From NCBI GenBank assembly GCA_963779755.1, contig CAVZZO010000001.1, forward strand, positions 640,001 through 704,000: a DNA stretch of 64,000 bases, read 5' to 3'. The position numbers and the translations under genes were made by a program. The DNA comes from an uncultured Gemmatimonadales bacterium. Its GTDB lineage: Bacteria > Gemmatimonadota > Gemmatimonadetes > Gemmatimonadales > GWC2-71-9. The notes beneath the pieces were generated by a model. It was not told where the DNA came from. It worked only from the letters and a program-made list of their open reading frames with translations, and did no database searches. Below, in pieces: positions 40,031 through 49,229 of the stretch (position 1 is the stretch's first letter; every line of letters starts with the position of its first letter).

Positions 40031-40499
40031 CAGGGTGACCTGACCCCCCTGTCGCCCCTTCCCTGTCGGGAAGGGGGAACCGGCGCCGGAAACCCCGTCG
40101 TCCCGAACCCCGCGAGCAACGCGAGCGGGTGAGGGACCTGATGCGCGTGTCTGGAGGGCCGGCCACAGCGTTCCGGGTGCCTTGCCTGGCGTCCGAAGCG
40201 CGTGAAGCATATCCCTCTCTCGCTGCGCTCGCTCGGGATGACAGGCGCCCTTGAGCCAAGGGAGGGAGCCGCCTTGCGGCGGGGGCCACGCTTCGCTTGT
40301 CACCCTGAGGCCGCGCAAGCGCCCGAAGGGGCCGATGCTGAAGGCATGATTTCGGCCCCTTCGCTGCGCTCAGGGTGACATTACGCGCGGGCGCCGGCGC
40401 TCATTTCCCTGGCGCCTGGCGCAGTCACCAGCGCCTCCGAAGTCGATCCACCACTTCACTTCAGTGAAAAAGCGCCGAGACTCGGCTTCAGCCGAGGGG
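40027..40499. repeat. REP cluster ending in a CTTCAG double-palindrome element
   Basis: REP halves and full copy at 40027, 40220 and 40299-40380; element at 40457-40499. Confidence 0.85.
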
Positions 40500-40500
40500 C

Positions 40501-40650
40501 GGCCGACGCCGACGCCATCCGGCCCGAGCACATGGTGGAGTTCTGGAAGGCCCTGGGCGGCGGCCGGCGCGATGCCGGGCTCGACGGCTCCCAGCGGCCC
40601 GCCGGCCAGCTCGCCATCGTGCCGGACACCACCCACTACTCGATTCCTGT
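40501..40650 (+). pseudogene. C-terminal fragment of an alpha/beta hydrolase
   Basis: ADADAIRPEHMVEFWKALGGGRRDAG..LAIVPDTTHY is homologous to the end of 30764-31687. Confidence 0.7.
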
Positions 40651-40784
40651 GGATCCGATGCTGCCGGAGGTCGTCGAGCGGTTCCTCGGAATCGGATAGA
40701 AGGCGGTTGCCCTGGGTGAGAGCTTGGGGCAGTAACAGAGATGTGGATTTCGCGGTCGGTCGTCCGATGGTCCCGGCTCATCTC

Positions 40785-40842
40785 GCGCCGCGCCTTTGGG
40801 AGCGGAGCCCAAGCGCCCCGCCGGTGCAAGCAGCTGTTAGAC
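40785..40842 (-). other. Partial attC (R'' side)
   Basis: GCAAGCAGCTGTTAGAC 14 bp after the toxin stop; the R' side is not found. Confidence 0.6.
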
Positions 40843-40855
40843 GGACCGCACGATC

Positions 40856-41146
40856 CTATTCCACGGGGCCGATGCTCGCCCGACGCCCATGGATCACAGC
40901 CAACACGGTCACGACGTCGGCTTGTGGCCGATAGATGATGCGATAGGATAGCTCGAGCAGCTCGCGAAGATCAGAATTGGAGCGTTCGGGAACTGGTCGG
41001 CCGACATTGGGAAAGTCTCGCAGTTGACCGGCCCGGCGGACGAGTCGGTGCACTGTGAGGTTGGCATATAGAGGAGAGGTCAGGGCAATGTAGGCCCGAA
41101 TGGCCTCCAGATGGGCTTGGGCCGTCTCAGTCCAGAGGAGCCTCAC
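40856..41146 (-). CDS. RelE/ParE-family toxin
   Basis: WTETAQAHLEAIRAYIA..FPNVGRPVPE..RELLELSYRIIY..IHGRR. Confidence 0.9.
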   Translation of the reverse strand: MRLLWTETAQAHLEAIRAYIALTSPLYANLTVHRLVRRAGQLRDFPNVGRPVPERSNSDLRELLELSYRIIYRPQADVVTVLAVIHGRRASIGPVE

Positions 41147-41331
41147 GCCGGGAGACTAAACCGTTTCGCAACGTCCTCATGGGAAATCACTCGCCCGGCT
41201 TCGGCATCGGCCAGGCCGCTATCAATGGCCTGCTGAACGTGAATCTCGTAGAGCAGGTCGTCCCACGAGGCTTGCTCGGCCATTCGTTCTACGATCTGGC
41301 GAGCGCGTTGCTTGATATCGGGAGCTGACAT
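41143..41331 (-). CDS. Cognate antitoxin
   Basis: SWDDLLYEI..GLADAEAGRVISHEDV; overlaps the toxin start. Confidence 0.85.
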   Translation of the reverse strand: MSAPDIKQRARQIVERMAEQASWDDLLYEIHVQQAIDSGLADAEAGRVISHEDVAKRFSLPA

Positions 41332-41396
41332 GAATCCCTCCGGGGTGCCTGAAATATGGCGTCCTTCAGGCCTGATGCCAAATCCGAGGGCGGGCC

Positions 41397-41495
41397 GCCT
41401 AACGGTTGGCGGTTGAGCGGTGATCCGCGCTCACAATATGCCAGCCATCCGACTGGTGCGCGGGCGCGGTTGACCGCTCCAAGCGCGTGTTAGGC
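41397..41495 (-). other. attC site
   Basis: GCCTAAC..TTGAGCGGT / ACCGCTCCAAG..GTTAGGC. Confidence 0.9.
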
Positions 41496-41523
41496 GGCGC
41501 GCACTGGCCGACAAGCACACAAC

Positions 41524-42749
41524 CTACCGAGCTGAGCCGTCTAGGCACGCTTGCAGCGGCGGTTCAGGTGATCCGAAGGCGATGCGAGCCCGCACATATT
41601 CGCGGTCCAAGAGGGTCGCTACCTCCAGCGTGGTTGAAGCCGTACTGCGAAGATCTGCTATGGAAGGGTCGAGACGATAGTTGACTCGCTGTCGCGCGGC
41701 TGTCAACACGGATCTTACTTGGGTGAGGATGCCAGTGACCGTGTCTCGAACTGGCACGAAGGGGACGGAGACTTCCGCAAGGCGGAAATGCGTGATGTGG
41801 AGGTCCGCTCTTGGTAGAAAGAACTCGATCACAGCGCTCATGGTTGACGCCGTTACGGATGTCAGCTTGGATAGGTCTCTCTTGCCAAACAAGCTATCCA
41901 TGAGGTGTCGCGAGTTGTCGAGGAGGTATGCGGCGGAGCAGAGATCCCTCCGGGCACTATCTGCCTGAGCAACGCGACGCGATCCTCGGGCTGCGCTGGG
42001 TGCAGCGTTAGCGATGACTGCGGGCGTGATGCGTTCGCGAAGACCTCAGCGAGGGAACGGGAACTGACAGTGCTGTCCAGAAGTGCAGTGGCATACCGTA
42101 CTGGGACGGCAAAATTCAGCGCTTGGCCGCCCTGGAGGTAGGCCGTCGAGATCGCAATGACCGCCCCAGAATCGTTGAGGACAGGGCCGCCGCTCGAGCC
42201 CGGGCTTATCGGCGCGGATATCTGCAGTAGCTGGCGGCCTTCGACCACGCGATGTGCGCTGACAATCCCGTCCGTGACTGTTTGTGATAGACCGAGAGGG
42301 CTGCCAATAGCAACGATACGGCTGCCCACGGGAGGAAGCGTGGTGCTGGTGGATAACGTCGGCAGACTGGCTCCACGGATCCTGATAATCGCTACATCTG
42401 CGGTTGGATCAGCAGCGAGTGCGGTGACGTTGCTGAAACGCTCGCCTGTTGCCAGAAGGACGGCAGCCGATGTGGCACCAGCCATGACATGATAGTTGGT
42501 GACGACCACTCCATCCGGGACTATAATGAAACCGCTCCCTTGTCCTACTGTGTCACCTCGCGCATCAACAGCGAGGATTGTAACTGTGGCCGGAATGGCG
42601 CGCTTCGCAAGTTGGACGGTAGTTAGAGGGCGCTGGGCTGCTGCCATGGCGCTATAGGCGACAAGGCCGACGAGCACCGCAGTCGTTCTGATCGCTGCTT
42701 GCAAGTATGAACTCCGAAGCGGGTAGGCGCCACTCGGTAGTTGAGGCAA
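41524..42749 (-). CDS. Trypsin-like (S1C) serine protease, secreted, probably frameshifted near 41900
   Basis: GSGFII, TNYHV, DVAII, ISPGSSGGP; the 41524-41901 ORF is the likely continuation. Confidence 0.8.
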
Positions 42750-42779
42750 CGCCGCGTGGCATCGGGGCCAGAGCGAGTA

Positions 42780-43061
42780 TCAAATGCAGGAGAACACATG
42801 TTCCTCTCGAAAATCAATAGCAGATCCTGCAGTGAGCCCTTTGAAGTCAGCGGCGTTCCAGTCTTCGAAGCCAATTATGGTGCCGGAGATCGCTCCTCCG
42901 AGAACACGCACTACTTGAACGACGAGGATAACCCGCCCGTCCCGAAGGGAGACTTGGGCACCAACACGGATGGTCGAAGGGACTGCCGTACCGGGAGCCT
43001 GAAAGCCCCCGAACACGATAGATCTGTCTGCACGGGTGGCGAGTGCAAGCGGTTCATTCAT
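42780..43061 (-). CDS. Hypothetical cassette protein
   Basis: About 93 aa ORF co-oriented with the array. Confidence 0.55.
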   Translation of the reverse strand: MNEPLALATRADRSIVFGGFQAPGTAVPSTIRVGAQVSLRDGRVILVVQVVRVLGGAISGTIIGFEDWNAADFKGLTAGSAIDFREEHVFSCI

Positions 43062-43306
43062 GGGTCGCTTCGACTCCGAAGACTTTAGAATGCGGCTGAA
43101 TGCGATTTGGCACAATGCGGCTACTTGGCACCGGTACCCGACTGGGCTGTGAACCGGCGCGCGAGCTTCAAGTCCTTGTGCGCTTTATGCTTGCGTGTGA
43201 TCTTGTGATTCCTTGCTCGGGCAATGCGGCAAAAAAGAGGCCGGAGGCCGTGCGCGCATTTGCCGCGCGGTGTTGGGTGACTGCGTTTCGTACGAAAGGC
43301 CGCGCC

Positions 43307-43410
43307 GCCTAACGAAATGCGTTTCAGCCGCGAAGGCGCGGCCCTAGCGCCCGGAGGGCTTTTTTGAGCGGGTGCGCCGCGCCTTCGCCGTCTGCAAACG
43401 CTTGTTAGGC
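43307..43410 (-). other. attC site
   Basis: GCCTAAC..GCGTTTCAGCCGCGAAGGCGCG / CGCGCCTTCGCCGTCTGCAAACGCTTGTTAGGC. Confidence 0.92.
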
Positions 43411-43709
43411 CTCCCGGCCAGCCGGCTCCGGCGACGTTCGGTCTCGACCCGATCGGCAAGGTACACCTTGAGCAGACTCTGATAGGGGACATCCCGCTCG
43501 TTGGCGAGCAACTTGAGCTCGGTAAGCAGGGTATCGGGCAGCCGGACCGAAATGGCTGTGGACGAAGGCCGGAGATGGGGAAAGCGCATCACCCGTGCCT
43601 TCGACCAATCCACATATTCGGTCGAGTCATGCGTGGCCCAGAAGTCGCGCTCCTCGTCCTCAGTCCGGAAGGTCGGGATGTTCTTCAATGCTCGCTTGGG
43701 CTTGGGCAT
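43344..43709 (-). CDS. brnA: BrnA/CopG-like antitoxin
   Basis: IPTFRTEDEERDFWATHDS..ISVRL..VPYQSLLK. Confidence 0.88.
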   Translation of the reverse strand: MPKPKRALKNIPTFRTEDEERDFWATHDSTEYVDWSKARVMRFPHLRPSSTAISVRLPDTLLTELKLLANERDVPYQSLLKVYLADRVETERRRSRLAGRPNKRLQTAKARRTRSKKPSGR

Positions 43710-44013
43710 ACTGGTGCCGCTCCTTCCGATTCATGTCCCGGGCCGCGATCACGCGAATCAGAGATCCGCGCACCGTGAAGACGAGGTAGAGCCTCCGGTT
43801 CGCGAGGGTCCGGCCGAGCGCTTGCCACCGGAGCTCGGTGCCGGAGTGCTTCGCATCGAATGCGGCGACCAGAGGTTCCTGAAAGAACGCCTGTTCGCAC
43901 TCCCCCGGCTCCACGTTGTGGCGCGCCAGCACTTTGGGCGCGTTGCCGGCGTCCCATTCAAAGCCGGTGCAGCGGCCCAGAATCGCGTAGGCGTCCGGCG
44001 GCTCTCCCGTCAC
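43660..44013 (-). CDS. brnT: BrnT-family toxin
   Basis: GFEWDAGN..KHS..LVFTVRG..IRVIAARDM. Confidence 0.9.
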   Translation of the reverse strand: MTGEPPDAYAILGRCTGFEWDAGNAPKVLARHNVEPGECEQAFFQEPLVAAFDAKHSGTELRWQALGRTLANRRLYLVFTVRGSLIRVIAARDMNRKERHQYAQAQASIEEHPDLPD

Positions 44014-44019
44014 TCAGGA

Positions 44020-44048
44020 AGTATATGTGGGGTATATACGCCAGTCAA
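44020..44048 (-). promoter_or_regulatory. Sigma70 promoter of the TA cassette with palindromic operator
   Basis: TTGACT-17-TATACT; GTATAT-N7-ATATAC. Confidence 0.8.
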
Positions 44049-44071
44049 CCGGTAGGCTCCGCCATCCGGAG

Positions 44072-44202
44072 GCCTAACGAAGTGCGCGTCAGCTGCAGCG
44101 CGATGCTTTAGGTCTTCACAAACTACGCTTCCTTAGCCGCGCCGCTAGGAACTCCGGATGATGCGACCGGCCCGCGCGACTGGCCTGCCAGCTGGACGCG
44201 CT
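44072..44202 (-). other. attC major part; its R'' box is displaced to 46788-46795
   Basis: Paralogous to the attC at 48001-48140 but stops at GACGCGCT. Confidence 0.85.
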
Positions 44203-44203
44203 C

Positions 44204-44658
44204 ATGTACGCGGATCCTTTCGGGCTGCTTGCCCAGGATTGTTGTATCGAAACGGGGGATTGGCGAAAGGATAACCTGCTTCACCCTGCTGTTACAGCGG
44301 CAAGAGAGACAACCCGATGCTGGGAGTAGCTGTGGGTCTCCTGGCCGTTGCAGGTGGGGCCGAACTGGCTGCTCCCAGGTTATTTGCCGCGGCCACCGCT
44401 GCTCTTCCTAAGGTACCGTTTGAGAAATTCCAGGACTGGGGACGAAATGTTGTCCAATGGGGCCGTGGGGCAGCGGGGGCAATTCAGCGGGTTTCTGAAG
44501 TGACGGCCGAGCAGGCCTCTAAATTGGATCCACAGAAAGTGAAGATGGCTCGCGACTTCTACCAGAAAGCTGTTGATGCTGGCCGAGGGGGAGCCGCCGC
44601 ACCTGAACGAGTAAAGCTGATGGAACGCATTTTAGACCTGCAGCAGAGAACCCATTAG
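44204..44658 (+). CDS. Orphan Rhs C-terminal toxin-like domain (one frameshift near 44275)
   Basis: Starts (L)MYADPFGL (Rhs DPxGL motif); the C-terminus WGRG..RDFY..RVKLM resembles DUF4951-like tips. Confidence 0.6.
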
Positions 44659-44704
44659 TGGCTCGGTCCGGTCTATTCGAGCATTGCAACACGGAGGAAG
44701 AGCC

Positions 44705-44953
44705 ATGCTGGAAGCAGCGGTCACACTTCGGCTTACGAATAGATGCGAAACTGCGCGGAAGCTCGTGATTGAGCCATGGACCACCGAGTTTCGACTGCAA
44801 CCTGGGCACACTTACGACTTGGTGATATCAGGGGACCTTGGCCTCCCCTTAGAGGTTGAGTTCGAGGACGACGAACTAACCGTATACACTTTCGATTCCG
44901 CCAATGCCTCCTTCAAGATTTCCGAAGGCGGGGCTGAACTTAAACCACTGTAG
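44705..44953 (+). CDS. Putative immunity protein
   Basis: Small acidic ORF with RBS GGAGG directly after the toxin tip. Confidence 0.55.
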   Translation: MLEAAVTLRLTNRCETARKLVIEPWTTEFRLQPGHTYDLVISGDLGLPLEVEFEDDELTVYTFDSANASFKISEGGAELKPL

Positions 44954-45437
44954 GAGCCCGGCCCTGTCTAGCCTGGGGCGCTCGGGGCGCCTCCGGGTTG
45001 TCGGGCCTGAACTCCGAGGGGTCGGGTCTAGTAGGAGCCTCGCGGGCTGCCGCGCGTGGCGGACCTCGGCCGGCGGAAAAGGAAAGTGGTGGGGGCCCCA
45101 CGAGTTCAGCGGAACCCATCGGCTCCAGACCTGCCGCGAGCCGGCTCCCTCGTCGGGCGTCATGCGCCCACGGGAGCAGACGGGGTCACCCCACCGGCTC
45201 CAAGGTGCTACCCGGTCCTTCGATTGTCAAAGAGCGCCGCGTTCCGCGTGCCGGCGGGATCCTGGCACCACCCTCATAGGTCGTTGAGGCTCGGGGCCTC
45301 CCACATCTTCATGGATGCTCTCCGATCCGCGGCCGGGCGGCCAGCAACTCTGTGCGCGGAACTCACCGAAGACGCCGGCGGCTCAAGGCAAATAGAGGGC
45401 GGCCCGGCGCGCACGCGCGGCTCCCCCCGGTCTCCGA
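44954..45437 (-). ncRNA. Long 3' non-coding end of the IS110 element, candidate bridge/seek RNA region
   Basis: About 480 nt without a credible ORF after the recombinase stop; the 5' leader is only about 83 nt. Confidence 0.45.
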
Positions 45438-46703
45438 CTATTCGATCACCACCGGCTCTGCGTGATGCCGCTGGGTCTCCCAGCGCTCCCGGTCGAACGG
45501 CTGGCCCGACTGGAGCACGGCCAGGAGGAGCGGCACCAGCTTGCGGGCCACCGCGCAGACCGCCTTGGTCCGGAGCCCGCCATTGCGGGCCAGCAGGGCC
45601 TGGTAGACCCCGGTACAGCCCCCGGGGCTGGCACCAGCGGCCGCCGAGCAGAAAGAGTTGGCGGCGCAGCAACGGCCGGCCCCGTTTGGACTGCTTGCGC
45701 CGGCCCTGCACCGTGCCGCTGGAGCGCTCGACCAGATTCATGCCTGCGAGTTTCAGCACCTGGCGGGGATGAGTGAAGCGCTCCGGAGCGCCCAGCTCGG
45801 CCACGATCGTGGCCGCACAGGTGGCGCTCACCTCGGGAATGGTGGTCAGCGCCTTGGCCGCGGGGCACTGCTCCACCGAGCGCGGCGATCTGCTGGTCCA
45901 CCTCCGCGAGTTGCGCCCGCAGCAGGTCCCAGCGGGCCAGCAGCTGCTGGATCTCCAGCGCCGCTCGGGAGCGGCGCCGGCCAGGGCGACACTGGTGCGG
46001 GCGGACTCGCGCAGGACGTGGAGCTGCCCTGGGCTCACGTGGCCCCGCGAGACGGACCGCGCCAGGCGAGTCACCGCGGCCGGGGCGGCCGCCAGGAAGT
46101 CCTGCGGCAGCGGCCAGCGCGCCAGCAGGGCGCGCGGCGTGGGCTTGCGCACCTGCGAGAAGTGCGTCAGGAACTCGGGCCAGGCCAGGTCGAGCAGGCT
46201 CTGGAGACGGTTCTTGAACCGGGTTTCCTCGACGGTGAGCCGATGACGGTGGGTGGTGAGCAGCCGCAGCTCGAGATACGGGGGCTGCAGCGCCGGATAT
46301 CCCACGAAGATCCCCAGGCTCACCAGCTTGCAGATCTCGGCGGCATCCTTCGCGTCCGTCTTGTTGGGGCTGTTATCCTCCAGTTCCTTGGCCCGCTTGG
46401 TGTGGGCCGGCAGGATATTGACCAGCGCATAGCCGCGCGCCCGCAGGCACTCGGCAAACGTGAAGCCGTGATGGCCGGCGAACTCCAGCCCCACCAGCAT
46501 CTGGCCGGGCCGGATGCCGGGAAACCAGGCCGTCAACTGCGCGCGGCGGCCTCGAAGCCCGCGCGGCTCACCGGCACTCGGACCGGCTTCGTGCGGCGCC
46601 CATCGGGGCCCTGAGCAACCAGCACGTGGACCCGCTTCGCGGTATCCACGCCTACGTGAACGGGGAACGTGCGGGCATAGGCAGACTTTTCGTCGGGGGT
46701 CAT
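45438..46703 (-). CDS. IS110-family recombinase/transposase (several frameshifts)
   Basis: DEDD residues VGVD, GLE, KTDAKDA; Tnp20 motif LAG..SSG..SKRG; ARKL. Confidence 0.9.
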
Positions 46704-46789
46704 GGCGCGGCTCCGGGTGGAGGGAATCACAGGAGTCGCGGAAGGAGCTACGGGCCGCGCAGCGGCGTCAAGCGGGTATAGATGTCTAG

Positions 46790-47530
46790 TTAGGTAGCAC
46801 CACGAATCAGACGGCGGCCGTGAGGAGTGAGTTCCGCGTGTCTGACGCTCCCAATCTGGTAGTCCCCGGGACCTCCTGTGGTAATGATTCCGAGGTCTTT
46901 CAAGCCGCGCAAGATCAGATCAAGTCGCGCAACCGGGATGCCCGTCACCTCAAGCACCGTGGTCGTGTGAAGTCGGTACTGGTCTGGCGTCAGGGTGCGG
47001 AACTGGGCAAGTACCGCAGCCACCTCGGCGGCCGAGTCCACATCTGGGAGTAGCGACGGAGCAAGGGCGATGTATGTGCCAGGCACGAGGCGCGTTCGCG
47101 CGATTCCGACAGCGTGATTCAAGTCTGGATCAATACGAATGAAGCCGAAATCGCGAAGATCCTCCGCTGCCTCCAAGTACTCATGCGGCGAAACATCCAA
47201 ATCGGTAATGGCATCCTCTGCTTCAGCAAACTGGAACAGCTGGCTGGCCTCGCGATAGAGGCAGTAGGCCAGCAACCGCAGGGGCGTACCAGAAAGGCGG
47301 ACGAATGGAACTTGAATTGCTTCGAGCGCGGTCACGCGCTCTTCGAGACTGCCAACCCGGACACCGAGTTTCGATACCTGCTCATTCGCTACGCCGTAGC
47401 CGCCCAGGGCGGCAAGACGCGCTACCAAGGACGCCACGCCCGAAATCGGCTCGACAACCAAGGCCACGCCAGTGAGTGTCCACGCAGCGATGGTCGGCCA
47501 ATCGAGGCTCGAATCCTTTGCTGAGGTCAT
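46790..47530 (-). CDS. Hypothetical cassette protein
   Basis: MTSAKDSS start just after the attC at 47546; stop codon in the R'' box. Confidence 0.8.
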   Translation of the reverse strand: MTSAKDSSLDWPTIAAWTLTGVALVVEPISGVASLVARLAALGGYGVANEQVSKLGVRVGSLEERVTALEAIQVPFVRLSGTPLRLLAYCLYREASQLFQFAEAEDAITDLDVSPHEYLEAAEDLRDFGFIRIDPDLNHAVGIARTRLVPGTYIALAPSLLPDVDSAAEVAAVLAQFRTLTPDQYRLHTTTVLEVTGIPVARLDLILRGLKDLGIITTGGPGDYQIGSVRHAELTPHGRRLIRGAT

Positions 47531-47545
47531 CCCGCCTCGTAGTGC

Positions 47546-47685
47546 TACTAACGAAGTGCGTTTCAGCGGCGGCGCGATGCCCCGCTCCCTCACATCCGAC
47601 GCTTCCTTACCGCGACCGCTAGATGTCCCAGAAATGCACCAGCGGGCTGCAGCACCGTGCCCGCCGCTGCAAACGCTTGTTAGCT
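47546..47685 (-). other. attC site
   Basis: TACTAAC..GCGTTTCAGCGGC / GCCGCTGCAAACGCTTGTTAGCT. Confidence 0.92.
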
Positions 47686-48000
47686 GCCGGCCGCAATGAC
47701 AATTTCGGGTGCGATGACGCTGCCGGTATGTGCGGAGCCCCCGCGCCGGGAGACCGGGCCGCCAACCGGGAGCCTCGGCGGGGCGGGAGAACGCTGGACG
47801 CCTCCGAACCTGCTCGGCGCACCTTCCTTGCCATGGAGCGCCCCGCGGAGAGAAACCTTGGGCGGCATCGCGGAGCCTTCCAGGCGTCCCGCGCAAGGAG
47901 GCCGGTGCCGCCTCACCGCTACCAACCAACTGCAGAGTTCCGGCGGCACCACCAGGCGCCCACCAAGAGATCAGCACTGGGCGGCCCGACTGGCGCGTGC
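47686..48000 (-). other. ORF-less cassette, diverged copy
   Basis: Colinear with 49950-50262 and 50405-50717. Confidence 0.8.
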
Positions 48001-48140
48001 AGCTAACGAAGTGCGCGTGTGCTGCAGCGCGATCCCTCAGGATTTCACAAACCTACGCTTCCACAGCCGCACCGCTAGGAGGCCCGAGTGGGGGCCGGCG
48101 GCCCGCGCGACCGGCCTGCAGAACGACGCGCTTGTTAGGC
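48001..48140 (-). other. attC site
   Basis: AGCTAAC..GCGCGTGTGCTGCAG / CTGCAGAACGACGCGCTTGTTAGGC. Confidence 0.9.
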
Positions 48141-48142
48141 CC

Positions 48143-49226
48143 CGCGGATTCATATACTAAGTGCAACAACGGAAGGCGACGAAAGCGGTGATCTGACAGC
48201 AAGTAGACTTCTCTGTCCGCCAAGACAAGGAAGCCGACCATGAACTACCGCCAGATCACCGCCGCTGAACGGTACACCCTCGGCCTGCTTCGCCGACAGG
48301 GGCTGACGGCGGCAGCCATCGCGCGCCTCCTCGGTCGCCACCGCAGCACCATCGGCCGCGAGGTCCGGCGCAACCGCACCCACCACGACGGGGGCTACCG
48401 CCCCCAGCTCGCCGACTGGTACGCGCGGGGCCGGCGGAGCCACTCGCGCCGCAACACCCGGTTCACCGCCACGGATTGGGCGGAGGTGGAACGCCTGGTG
48501 CGCGAGGACTGGAGCCCCGAACAGATCGCCGGCCGCCTCGCCGCGGACGGACACCTCGCCATCAGTCACGAGACGATCTATCGGTACGTCTGGGCGGACC
48601 GCGCGGACGGCGGCACGCTCTACCAGCACCTCCGCGGCGCCCGCAAGCAGCGCCGCAAACGGTACGGGCGCTACGACAGCCGGGGCCGCCTGGCCGGGAA
48701 GCGGATGATCACGGAGCGGCCTGCGATCATCGAAGGCCGCAGCCAGGTCGGTCACTGGGAAGGCGACACCGTCCTCGGCGCGGGACAGGCCGGCCCCTGC
48801 GTGCTGACGCTGGTGGAACGGAAGACCGGCTATCTGATGCTCGGCCAACTCCACCAGCGGACGACCACCGCCGTCACGCGCCGGGCGACCCAGCTGATTC
48901 ATCGGGAAGCTCGCCCGGTGCGCACCATCACCGTGGACAACGGCACCGAGTTCCATGACTACGCGGCGATCGAACGGGAGACCGCCACGCGCTTCTACTT
49001 CGCCACGCCGCACCACAGCTGGGAGCGCGGAACCAACGAGAACACCAACGGCCTGCTGCGGCAGTACCTCCCGAAAGGCCACTCTATGGCGCACCTCACC
49101 CAGGCCGCGTGTGATCGCCTCGCCCGCAAACTCAACCGCCGACCCCGGAAGCGCCTCCTCTACCGCACCCCGGAGGAATGCTATGCACGATGAGGCTCAG
49201 TGTTGCACTACAAACTTGATATCAGA
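48143..49226 (+). mobile_element. IS30-family insertion sequence
   Basis: Imperfect terminal IRs ..AGTGCAACA / TGTTGCACT.. flanking the transposase. Confidence 0.9.
48240..49193 (+). CDS. IS30-family DDE transposase
   Basis: WSPEQI, SHETIY, GHWEGDT, TVDNGTEF, WERGTNENTNGLLRQY. Confidence 0.96.
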   Translation: MNYRQITAAERYTLGLLRRQGLTAAAIARLLGRHRSTIGREVRRNRTHHDGGYRPQLADWYARGRRSHSRRNTRFTATDWAEVERLVREDWSPEQIAGRLAADGHLAISHETIYRYVWADRADGGTLYQHLRGARKQRRKRYGRYDSRGRLAGKRMITERPAIIEGRSQVGHWEGDTVLGAGQAGPCVLTLVERKTGYLMLGQLHQRTTTAVTRRATQLIHREARPVRTITVDNGTEFHDYAAIERETATRFYFATPHHSWERGTNENTNGLLRQYLPKGHSMAHLTQAACDRLARKLNRRPRKRLLYRTPEECYAR

Positions 49227-49229
49227 CGG

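Larger units (their letters stand above)
44203..46787 (-). mobile_element. IS110-family composite insertion with Rhs-CT/immunity cargo inside an attC
   Basis: CT at both ends (44201-44202, 46786-46787); removing the insert restores GACGCGCTAGTTAGGT. Confidence 0.75.

Noticed and set aside
47531..47977. N-terminal extension of the 395-aa ORF 46790-47977
   Set aside because: It runs through an ORF-less cassette and an attC; the credible start is ATG 47530.
48150..49094. 314-aa minus-strand ORF
   Set aside because: Antisense shadow of the IS30 transposase.
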